Origin: Candidatus Latescibacterota bacterium | GTDB lineage: Bacteria > Latescibacterota > UBA2968 > UBA8231 | Assembly (NCBI GenBank): GCA_041661365.1 | Contig: JBAZUN010000002.1 | Coordinates: 1 to 41,815 of the forward strand | Direction of reading: 5' to 3' | DNA length: 41,815 nt | In this document: piece after piece, positions 16,587 to 24,851 of the stretch | How positions within the stretch are numbered: position 1 is the stretch's first letter | Layout: every line of letters begins with the position of its first letter | The notes under the pieces: generated by a model | What the model was told of the DNA's origin: nothing | Databases searched by the model: none | The model's input: the letters and a program-made list of their open reading frames with translations, nothing else | Made by a program: the position numbers and the translations under genes

Positions 16587-18626
16587 CTATCCCTTCTGGG
16601 ACGGCCGGGCCAGCCAGGCCTCGATCGCGGCCAGACTGTTCCCCGTGGCCATCCCGGTGTCGACCTGGCCGGCCAGCTCCGGCCCCCAGTGCCGGCCGCA
16701 GTACTGGCCCAGGGCGTGCAGCATCCCCCCGTCCCAGGGCTCTCCCGGGGCCTCGAGCTGCCAGTGGGAGAGGAAGGCCACGGCCTCGCCGGCCAACTGC
16801 TCGTAGAGCAGGTCGCCGGTCAAGGCGTGCAGCTCGAGCAGCGGCTTGACCGCCTTGGCCGGGCCGATCGGATAGAGCAGCGGGAAGTCGTCCATGCGGC
16901 AGCACTGACCGCCGCGGGCCACGCCGCAATGGGCCAGCGGCAGATCGTAGAGGTAGGTCCAGCAGGCGCCGAAGGCCACGGCCTGGCGACAGCCGGCCAG
17001 CACCTCCTCGTCGCCGGTGGCGGCGTAGAGCGGCACCAGCCCCTCGAGCACGTAGTACGCGGCCTCCCCGTCCACGTACTCCACCCCGGGCGCGATCAGA
17101 CCGTCGAGCATCTGGTTGGTGTACTCGTACCGCGCGAGTTGAGGGGCCACGACCCGGAACAGCCGCAGGGCTCGCTCCACGTACCCATGATCGCCGCTCA
17201 GGCGGCCGAAGCGGGTCCATAGGCCGCAGACCACAGCCCGGGCCGTGATCCGGTGCGGCTTGCGGTTGACCTCGCGATCCTGCTCGTCGAAGATGTCGTG
17301 CAGGTCGCCGTCCGGTCGCTGCTGACGGGCAAAGAACCGGGCGATGGAGCCGGCCGCGGTCCACCAGGCCTGCCGGGTGGCCGGCAGCGGGTACTCGGGC
17401 GCCTCCTCGTAGAGTTGCAGGAGTTGGCTGGCGGTGTGGCCCAGGGAGTGGGTCCAGATCCGCTGGCCCGGGACGTGGTCCATCAGGAAGTCGCCGAAGC
17501 GGACCCCGTCCGCGCGGTCGAGGTAGGGCTGGTCCTCGCCCGGGCCGCGGCGGAACCGCTCGATGTTTCGGCTCATCTCGTCCACGTAGGGCAGCAGCTC
17601 GACGCAACCGGTCCGGCGCCAGTGCCGCACCAGCCCGAGCATCGTCTCCACCGCGATCCCCTCGCCCCAACCCAGGTCGAAATACCCGCTCATCTCGCCG
17701 CGCTTGCGGGCCGGCCCGGTCTGGGTCCGCACCCACATGTTGCTGAACCAGCCGCGACCCGGACCCAGGGCGTTCGGCTCCCACAGCCCGCAGCGCGGGT
17801 AGAAGGCGGCGATCCGGTCGGCCACCGGCGCCAACGGGGCGCCGACAGGTGGTTGGTCGAGCAATAGCCCAACGGCCAGCCGCACCGCGACCAGCAGTGG
17901 CTCCTCACCCGGAGCCACCGGCGCCGCGGCGATCAGCTCGGTCAGGCTGATCTCGGTCCCCGCGGCCAGCTCCACCTGCTCGGGGAGCCAGGATGCGGCC
18001 GGCCGTTCAGGGTCGTACGCGGCACTGTCCGGGTACCGGATCCGCAGGCCGACCGGGTCAGACCCGCTCGCCGGCAGGAGTTCGAGGGTCCCGGGTGACA
18101 CCCGCTTGTCCAGGCCGTAGAGCGCCACCCAGTCCGGACCGTGCCAGACGTGGAAGGGGAAGGGGAGAGCCCAGTCCACGGCCAGCCGCGCGGCCGGCAG
18201 GCCGGCCAGGGGCTGCTCGTGCAGGCGCAGGGGATAGGTGTAGCGGATCGCCGGGTCAGGGCTCAACCGGAAGCCGGGGTGCACGGCGACTGGACCAGAC
18301 GCCTTGATCCGGTAGGTCTGCCGTCGTACCAGGACCGAAGGCACCGCGCCGAAGCCGATGGTCTCGGTCGCCTCCCAGATCGGCTGGCAGCAGGACAACC
18401 TCCAGGTCCCGCCCATCCCGGAGTCTGCCGAGAGGTCGGCGTCCGTGGCGTCGGTGCTGCCGTACGAGGTGGCGAACTCGCGATCCCAGGCTCCGTCGAG
18501 GAGCCGCTGCCAGCGGTTTCCCAAGAGCAGCTCCACCGAGCCCAGGCGGAAGGTCTGGCCAGCACCGCTGTCGTTGACCTCGAGGGCCACCCGCAGGGCG
18601 CCGCTGTTCAGTGACTCGAGCATCAT
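16587..18626 (-). CDS. hypothetical 679-aa protein; the C-terminal half looks like an alpha/alpha toroid (six-hairpin glycosidase-like)
   Basis: Long ORF with natural composition and a GAGGAAG RBS. Repeated helical-hairpin pattern rich in W/Y/G-D. No specific family recognised. Confidence 0.7.
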   Translation of the reverse strand: MMLESLNSGALRVALEVNDSGAGQTFRLGSVELLLGNRWQRLLDGAWDREFATSYGSTDATDADLSADSGMGGTWRLSCCQPIWEATETIGFGAVPSVLVRRQTYRIKASGPVAVHPGFRLSPDPAIRYTYPLRLHEQPLAGLPAARLAVDWALPFPFHVWHGPDWVALYGLDKRVSPGTLELLPASGSDPVGLRIRYPDSAAYDPERPAASWLPEQVELAAGTEISLTELIAAAPVAPGEEPLLVAVRLAVGLLLDQPPVGAPLAPVADRIAAFYPRCGLWEPNALGPGRGWFSNMWVRTQTGPARKRGEMSGYFDLGWGEGIAVETMLGLVRHWRRTGCVELLPYVDEMSRNIERFRRGPGEDQPYLDRADGVRFGDFLMDHVPGQRIWTHSLGHTASQLLQLYEEAPEYPLPATRQAWWTAAGSIARFFARQQRPDGDLHDIFDEQDREVNRKPHRITARAVVCGLWTRFGRLSGDHGYVERALRLFRVVAPQLARYEYTNQMLDGLIAPGVEYVDGEAAYYVLEGLVPLYAATGDEEVLAGCRQAVAFGACWTYLYDLPLAHCGVARGGQCCRMDDFPLLYPIGPAKAVKPLLELHALTGDLLYEQLAGEAVAFLSHWQLEAPGEPWDGGMLHALGQYCGRHWGPELAGQVDTGMATGNSLAAIEAWLARPSQKG

Positions 18627-18685
18627 GCTTCCTCGTCAGTGATCTCGGGCGACGGCCGAAGCGGTCCGGGAGTCGCGGCCCGAGG

Positions 18686-20908
18686 TCAGCGTTCCTCGAG
18701 GCTACCCAGTTCGAGATCGGTGTGGCGCAGCCGTTCGGCGATCGACAGGGCCAGCCGCGAGAAGACCTCCACCCCGAACCCCGAGTCGGCGTTGATCCAC
18801 TCGTCGAACCTGGTCCGGGACAGGGCGAACAGCTCGGTCGGGGTCTTGGCCTCCACGTCGGCCGAGCGGACCCCGCGGTCGAGGAAGGACAGCTCGCCGA
18901 AGAAGTCGCCCCGACCGATGGTGGCCAGGTGGTGCCGCCGGCTGCGCTCCAGGGGGAGCATGATCCGCACCGCCCCCTGTCGGATCAGGAAGATCTCGTC
19001 GGCCCGGTCGCCGTGGGAGAAGACCTTCTCGCCGGCCGCCACGCTCAACCGGCGCAGGCAGGGGGCCAGGCGGGCCAGCAGGGTCGAATCGAGACCGCGG
19101 AAGAGGTCGATCTCGGTCAGCTCCAGCGGCTGCTCATCGTCCTTGGGCAGGGCTCCGGCCGCCTGGAGGATCTGCTCCTCCATCCACTCCAGGGCGCTGT
19201 CCATGGTCTCGGCGATCATCACCCCGGCGCCGTCCCGCACCAGCCCCACCTCGATCAGGTACCGCTCGAGATCCTGCTGGTGGGGCAGGGCCGAGGGCAT
19301 GCCGCTGAAGAGCAGCCGGCCGTCGCGCTCGGCCAGCAGGGCCTGCATCTGCTCGAAGAGATGGGCCGCGGTATAGTCCAGCGACTGCACCCGTCTGAGG
19401 TCGAAGAGCACGAACCGCCGGGTGCGCAGGTCGGCCTCCAGGTGGGAGAGGAGCTGATCCGCGGTGCCGAAGAAAAGGTTCCCCTGCAGCTCGCAGCAGA
19501 CCCCCTGGTCGCCGTGTTGGCGCAGCAGTTTCCGCTCGGCGCTCAGGCGGCGGGTTTTCGAGGAAATCTCGTTGAGGTACCGCTTGTGGCGGATCACCGA
19601 GCCGTGCACCTGATCGCGGATGAACAGCAGGATGGCCATGCCCACGCCGACCCCGGCCGCGGCGATCAGGTCGACCAGGACCGCGACCAGCACCACCGCG
19701 GCGATCACCGCGAAGTCCTGCCGACCGGCCGGGTAGCGCAGCAGGCGGAACAGGTGCCAGTCGAACATCCGCCAGGAGACCACCAGCAGGATCCCGGCCA
19801 GGGCGCTGATCGGGACCCAGGCGATCAGGCCGCCCAGGGCCACGGTGGCCAGGATGACGAGCCCGCCCTCGATCACCCCGGCCCGGGAGCCGCGGCCGCC
19901 GCTGGCCAGGTTGACCAGGGTCGGGCCGAGGGTGCCGGAGCCCGGCATCCCGCCGATCAAGAGTGAGGAGAGGTTGGCCGCGCCCTGGCCCACCAGGGCC
20001 TGGTTGGAGTCGTGCCGCTGCCGGGTGAGGGTGTCGAGGATGACCCCGGTCTTCAGGGTGTCGATGGAGAGGAGGACCGACAGGGTGAAGGCCGGCACCA
20101 GTGCGGCCTCGATCGTGCGCAGGTCCACGGCCAGCAGGGACCCGATCCGGCCGGTGAGGGAATCTAGGAAGGAGCCCGAGGTCTGGATCGAGCCGATGAG
20201 GAGCGGATTCCCCTCGAGCCGCAGTAGCCCGGGTACGAACCAACCCAGGGAAAGGTAGGTCGCCATTCCCGCGGCCAGACCGAGGATGGCGGCCGGCACC
20301 TTGCGGGTCAGGCGGGGGGCGGCGGCCATCACGCCGATGGTTACCAGGCCGACCACCACCCCGGGCCAGCGCCACTGCTCGGGCGTGGTCAGCCCTTCCC
20401 AAAGCGAGGCGCCCGCGGGCAGACCGAGCAGCTTGGGGGCCTGACCCAGGGCGATGAGTATGCCGACGCCGGCCAGGTACCCGCTGACCACGGGATAGGG
20501 GACGTACTTGATCAGCCGCCCGCCACCCAGCAGACCGTAGAGGACCTGGAGGAAGGCCGAGAACAGGGCCGTGAGGGCGAGGAGCGGCAGGATCTCGTCA
20601 GCGCTGAGCGGTGCATGGCCCCCGACCAGGCTGGCCACCATGCCGGAGAGCACGGCCGCGGCCGGGGCGCAGGGTGCCGAGATCAGCCCCCGGGTGCGAC
20701 CGACCAGGGGCGCCACCAGGCCCAGCGCCGCCGCGCCCAGCAGCCCGGCCAGGGCCCCGGCCGCGGCGTATCCCTTGCCCAGGCCGCTGTAGGCCAGCAC
20801 CCCGTAGGCGATGGAGGCCGGCAGGGCCACCAGCATCGAGGCGAGCCCGCCCCACAGGTCGCCGCTGAGGGAGGCGGGACGGTCCGCGGTCCCGGTCTTC
20901 GCGTCCAT
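18686..20908 (-). CDS. SulP family anion transporter fused to STAS and cyclic-nucleotide-binding domains
   Basis: SulP N-terminus (DLWGGLASMLVALPASIAYGVLA). STAS region (FFGTADQLLSHLE...FDLRRVQSLDYTAAH). cNMP domain (FRGLD...GDRADEIFLIRQGAVRI...GRGDFFGELSFLD..RSADV). GGAGGAG RBS. Confidence 0.9.
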   Translation of the reverse strand: MDAKTGTADRPASLSGDLWGGLASMLVALPASIAYGVLAYSGLGKGYAAAGALAGLLGAAALGLVAPLVGRTRGLISAPCAPAAAVLSGMVASLVGGHAPLSADEILPLLALTALFSAFLQVLYGLLGGGRLIKYVPYPVVSGYLAGVGILIALGQAPKLLGLPAGASLWEGLTTPEQWRWPGVVVGLVTIGVMAAAPRLTRKVPAAILGLAAGMATYLSLGWFVPGLLRLEGNPLLIGSIQTSGSFLDSLTGRIGSLLAVDLRTIEAALVPAFTLSVLLSIDTLKTGVILDTLTRQRHDSNQALVGQGAANLSSLLIGGMPGSGTLGPTLVNLASGGRGSRAGVIEGGLVILATVALGGLIAWVPISALAGILLVVSWRMFDWHLFRLLRYPAGRQDFAVIAAVVLVAVLVDLIAAAGVGVGMAILLFIRDQVHGSVIRHKRYLNEISSKTRRLSAERKLLRQHGDQGVCCELQGNLFFGTADQLLSHLEADLRTRRFVLFDLRRVQSLDYTAAHLFEQMQALLAERDGRLLFSGMPSALPHQQDLERYLIEVGLVRDGAGVMIAETMDSALEWMEEQILQAAGALPKDDEQPLELTEIDLFRGLDSTLLARLAPCLRRLSVAAGEKVFSHGDRADEIFLIRQGAVRIMLPLERSRRHHLATIGRGDFFGELSFLDRGVRSADVEAKTPTELFALSRTRFDEWINADSGFGVEVFSRLALSIAERLRHTDLELGSLEER

Positions 20909-21039
20909 GGCGCTCCTCCACCGCGACGGCCCGCGGTTGTCGGTATCGGTAGATCGTCCGTGGTCGGTGGCCCCGAAAGGTGCAGCGGCGTCGGACCGGG
21001 CACAAGAGGGAGAAGGCGGCCCAGACTCGGGCGGGGGTG

Positions 21040-21260
21040 ATCTCGACGCGGCCCAAGCCGGTGACCTGACCGCCTTTAGCCCTGTCCGAGCTGCGCGCTC
21101 AAGGAGCCTTCGTCTCCTGGTTTCGCCGGACGGGACGCAGATCGCCTTTTCCGCCCACAGCCGGCTCTACGTGATCAGTGCCGACGGTTCCAACGGCCAG
21201 CGGCCCGAGCCGGTGGCCACTGGGCTGACCGGGATCAGCAGCGTGGCTTGGGCGAGGGGG
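21040..21260 (+). pseudogene. isolated PD40/TolB-type repeat fragment
   Basis: LLVSPDGTQIAFSAHSRLYVISADGSNGQRPEPVATGLTGISSVAW, with no credible start and non-protein-like flanks. Confidence 0.35.
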
Positions 21261-21347
21261 GCTGTATCGCGACTACGCGCTGGTGGCGCTGCATCCGCGA
21301 CTGCGCCGTCGCGGTAGTCGCTCCACAATCGACGCCCACCGCCCCCC

Positions 21348-21446
21348 GAGGCGATCGCCTACCTGACCCCCGAGGTTCAGCGCTCCTACGCCGAGTTTCT
21401 CGCCCTGCTGATCCAGGATGAGGTGGCCGTCGCCGTACTCGCGTGA
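21348..21446 (+). mobile_element. short remnant resembling the N-terminus of an IS21-family IstB helper ATPase
   Basis: EAIAYLTPEVQRSYAEFLALLIQDEVAV matches the IstB pattern S-x-x-EFL-x-LL-x-x-E-(L/V)-x-x-R as I remember it. It breaks off after about 30 aa and no Walker motifs follow. Confidence 0.3.
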
Positions 21447-21570
21447 ACAGATCAGGCTCGGTCGTGTGTTGCTAGAAGGTGACACCTTTTTCAGGCGTGT
21501 GTGCGGGGGCCACACGGTGGCTATCTTGAAAGGAAGCCGTCTCTGGACGGGTTCCCTGGCATACTTCTTG

Positions 21571-21876
21571 ATGGCCATGGCGCCAGCCGCGATCTTGCCG
21601 CAGATTGCCGAGCTGAGACTCCAAGCCGGGGAGGCCGGCCGCCTCATGGTCTATTTCCCCTACCGCCCCGATCTGGTCGCTCGGATCAAGACCCTCCCTG
21701 GTCGCCGTTGGCATCCGGAGAAGAAATGCTGGAGCCTACCCCATACCTCGGAGAGCCTGGCCCGTCTGCAAGGGCTGTTTTCCAGTCCCCGACCCACCCT
21801 CCAGATTACCCCCCCGCTGCCAGTCCGCTCCAGTACGCCCCCACTTTCTCCGGCAGAACACCTATTCCTGGAGTGA
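21571..21876 (+). pseudogene. stand-alone N-terminal domain of a tyrosine recombinase/integrase; catalytic domain absent
   Basis: RLMVYFPYRPDLVARIKTLPGRRWHPEKKCWSLPHTSESLARLQGLF is the characteristic N-terminal module of one integrase family. No SAM-like or catalytic R..HxxR..Y region follows in any frame, and there is no SD. Confidence 0.5.
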
Positions 21877-23063
21877 AGTTGACCCGGTTTGGTGGACACC
21901 TTCCCTTTTGGGGAGAAGGGCAAATACCACGCGATCCACGGACCCTATCGGAAGTACGCCGAGTACCTGCCGGCGAGGCTCGCCTGGTGTACGACGGCGA
22001 ACGGGGGTGGGTTGACGTCCACGGCGAGGCGTATGCCCTGAGCGGCTCGAACCTGCGGGAGGTGGAGCGGCGGGCCTGGCGCTGGGACTTCCTCTCGCGC
22101 TACCTGGGCGACGGGGTGCGCCTGGATTACCTGGGGGGCAAGGGGGAGGCACGCCTGCCGCAGTCCCAGTCGGTCATTGCGGTGGAGGATCTGAAGTACG
22201 GGACCGAGACCTTCCGGGCCGGGTTCGACCAGGAGACCGACCTGCTGTCCCGGGAGGAGTTCCCGTCCTCTCCAGGGGCAGACGCCAGGTTCGATCTCCG
22301 GCATCTGCGCCTGGAGTACCTCGACTACGGCCCGGTGCAGCGGGCCCGTCTCTGGCAGGCCGTGGGCAGCAAGCTGGTACCGGGTTGGGGTCGAGCCACG
22401 GTCCTCCCCGTAAGCTATGACTCCATCCCCGAGCACCTGTTCGCCCTGTCGCGACCGGACACCGGTAGCGTGCGGCTGCCTGCTCCGCCGGACGGTCCCC
22501 AGGTGTGGGTGAAGGTGGTCATGGCCAACACGTGGATCGGGGCGAACTACCGGATCCTCCCGGCATCCCCGGGAGCGTTGGGATTAGGTCAGCGCAACAC
22601 CCTTCAGAAATGGATGCTCAAGAAGGCGATCGACGAACTGGACCGCAAGGGGCTGTTCAGCCAAGTGCTGCCCACGGAGATCCCCTCGACGCTGTCCACG
22701 AGTTCGTTGAGTGGGTACCTCCTGCACATCGAGGTCCACCAACCGAGCGGGGTACCAGGCTGTCCGGCGCCGACCCGCTACTTCGCCTGGCTGTCGGACG
22801 CCTCCGGGACGTTGCTGATGCTGGACGGTCCTCCGAGTGCCTGTTACTACAGCCAGCACCCCAAAGGTCCGGGCGACCCCGGATGCTCGGAATACAGGAT
22901 CAGGACCATGTCGATCGACCAGACCGCGGCGTACCTCGACCAAAAACCGCTGCTCTTTCTGTTGGTCCGGACCGCGCACAAAGCAGCCGCCGCGGTGCAG
23001 GCCTTCGAGGCCGGGGAGCCCCTTCCCTATATGCGGGAATGCTGCTACTGCAAGTCGCCGTGA
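21873..23063 (+). CDS. orphan hypothetical protein (~397 aa) with a CCYC C-terminus
   Basis: Frame-0 ORF with natural composition (e.g. LQKWMLKKAIDELDRKGLFSQVLPTEIP). GTG 21873 overlaps the TGA of the preceding ORF (GTGA); TTG 21879 lies 5 nt after a GGAG. No family recognised. The 5' part of track ORF 21501.. is off-frame overlap with the integrase fragment. Confidence 0.55.
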   Translation: MKLTRFGGHLPFWGEGQIPRDPRTLSEVRRVPAGEARLVYDGERGWVDVHGEAYALSGSNLREVERRAWRWDFLSRYLGDGVRLDYLGGKGEARLPQSQSVIAVEDLKYGTETFRAGFDQETDLLSREEFPSSPGADARFDLRHLRLEYLDYGPVQRARLWQAVGSKLVPGWGRATVLPVSYDSIPEHLFALSRPDTGSVRLPAPPDGPQVWVKVVMANTWIGANYRILPASPGALGLGQRNTLQKWMLKKAIDELDRKGLFSQVLPTEIPSTLSTSSLSGYLLHIEVHQPSGVPGCPAPTRYFAWLSDASGTLLMLDGPPSACYYSQHPKGPGDPGCSEYRIRTMSIDQTAAYLDQKPLLFLLVRTAHKAAAAVQAFEAGEPLPYMRECCYCKSP

Positions 23064-23333
23064 GGACAGAACGACCTGACCGGTGCTGGGGCCGCAGTAT
23101 CCACAGCGCACTTGCAGCGATAAAACCACCAGCATGGCTGAACCGGACGATCACCGCCAACTGCGGCTGGACCGATCCCGGAGAGATACGGCAGGGAGTT
23201 TGCGTCGTAGAACATGTGTGCGTGGGTGTAAGGGGGACACCCTCTTCGCAGTGACGGGCTCCACGCCCGGCTGACTCCTACGCCAAAACAGATGAAGGGC
23301 TGGAGAGCGTCCGGCTTGGTCGGTCTGGGCCGC

Positions 23334-24836
23334 TCACCCGCCGATCGGTTCCCCCGGATCAGGCCGGTCGACGAAGTGCCGGATCAGACGGTCGGTGGCG
23401 GCATGGGGACGCGGGTCCACGTGCCGGGGCAACTGGTCGTAGATGGGGTAGACCCGCTGCCAGTACCGCTGCCGCAGACCGTCGTAATCCGGGCTCGGAC
23501 CGGAGAGCGCGGAGAACAGCTCGGCGAAGAACAGCAGCTCCTCGCGGTACTCGGGCACCGTGGGATGGAAGGGCACGGCCTGGCCGGCCTCGGGATGCAG
23601 GTCGCGCAGGCACTCCGCCAACCGGGTGAGTTGGCAATGATACTCGCCCCGGGTCAGCTCGATCCGGGTGCAGTTCCCCCAGTCGGGGATCGCCTCGAAG
23701 AGGGGGAGCAGGGGCACCAGCTCGCGGCCGGCCCGGCCGAAGAGCCGCTCGTAGAAGCCGCTGGCCAACCCCTCGGAATCGGCGTCCGGGTCGAGGAAGG
23801 ACTGGGCCGCCTCGTAGAGCGAGAGCTGGTTGAGCCGCGGGGTCATGGTGAAGCAGATCCCGCCCTGGTACGGGGCGGCCGCGCGCTCGCGCCGGCGCTG
23901 GGCGAACAGCCGCGCGAAACGATAATGCGGCACGACGGCGTTCTCCCCCTCGGTGAGGCTGAAGTCCCAGGTGCGGATCGGCCGCTGGCGCGCGATCTCG
24001 TTGGCCCAGGGGATGGCGTTGGCCTCGCCCGCGGGATCGCTGTTCCCGTTGAACCCGAGATTGATCGAGACCACGGTCCGGTCGGGGAAGTCGGGCAGGC
24101 GACGCAGCAGGTGCTGCATCGAGCGGTCGGCCCGCTCGCGGCTGAAGTCCCAGGCCGTGTGCTGGTACTCGGGGATGAACTCGCCCTGCCAACCCTCCGG
24201 GTACTGGAGGTTCCCCCAGCCGAAGAAGGGCGGTCCCCAGGTGCCGAGCTCGATCTCGGCTTGCGGCAGGTTGCAGCGGATGAGCCCGGCGATCTCGGCC
24301 GAGCGGTCGATGTAGGTCTCGGCGGTGCACCCGTTGCGGCTGCAGGCCCCGGGGTCGCCGGGGAAGATGGCCACCCCGTCGACGATCTCGAAGCGGCGGG
24401 TCCAGGCATCCCACAGGTGCCGGACCTCGGCCCACTCCTCAGGCAGGTTAGGGCACAGGGTCCGCCAGTCCGGGCCGACCGTGGCCAGGGCCGTCAGGAG
24501 GATGGTCCGCACCCCGTGCTCGTGACCGTGAGCCGCCACCGCGGTCATCTGGCGGTGGAACTCGCGGCCGGCCTCGGACTCCATCCCCTCGCGGAAGAAC
24601 AGCCTGGGCTCGAGCCAGAGCTCGAAGGCGTTGAAGCCGAAGCCGGCGATCATCTCGATCAGCCGGAACCAGTCCTCGTCGGTCCAGCGATGCGGCAGCC
24701 CCGGGTAGTACATGTTCGGGTTGTACCCGTTAAGCAGGTGGGCCGCGAAGTTGTTGTAGTAGATCCGCTGCTCGCCGAAGTGCGGAGCCCTCGAATCCAT
24801 AGGTTGATCCATCGACTGATTCATAGACCGGTCCAT
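23334..24836 (-). CDS. hypothetical 500-aa protein, possibly TIM-barrel glycosidase-like; last gene of the operon
   Basis: WTDEDWFRLIEMIAGFGFNAFELWLEPRLF and later beta/alpha-like alternation. No signal peptide. Start ambiguous: four in-frame ATGs in the first 13 codons and no SD. Confidence 0.7.
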   Translation of the reverse strand: MDRSMNQSMDQPMDSRAPHFGEQRIYYNNFAAHLLNGYNPNMYYPGLPHRWTDEDWFRLIEMIAGFGFNAFELWLEPRLFFREGMESEAGREFHRQMTAVAAHGHEHGVRTILLTALATVGPDWRTLCPNLPEEWAEVRHLWDAWTRRFEIVDGVAIFPGDPGACSRNGCTAETYIDRSAEIAGLIRCNLPQAEIELGTWGPPFFGWGNLQYPEGWQGEFIPEYQHTAWDFSRERADRSMQHLLRRLPDFPDRTVVSINLGFNGNSDPAGEANAIPWANEIARQRPIRTWDFSLTEGENAVVPHYRFARLFAQRRRERAAAPYQGGICFTMTPRLNQLSLYEAAQSFLDPDADSEGLASGFYERLFGRAGRELVPLLPLFEAIPDWGNCTRIELTRGEYHCQLTRLAECLRDLHPEAGQAVPFHPTVPEYREELLFFAELFSALSGPSPDYDGLRQRYWQRVYPIYDQLPRHVDPRPHAATDRLIRHFVDRPDPGEPIGG

Positions 24837-24851
24837 CGAGAGGAGAAAGTC

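Noticed and set aside
23220-23250. Hairpin GGGTGT-aaggggg-ACACCC between the convergent orphan gene and the operon end, as a bidirectional terminator
   Set aside because: It has a 6-bp stem and no clear U-tract on either strand. I noted it but it is not supportable as a feature.
21400-23330. Integron (integrase plus cassette with attC) or intact prophage or genomic island
   Set aside because: The integrase is only an N-terminal stub. I found no attC-like R''-L''/L'-R' (RYYYAAC...GTTRRRY) pair downstream of the orphan gene. There is no tRNA and there are no phage structural genes.
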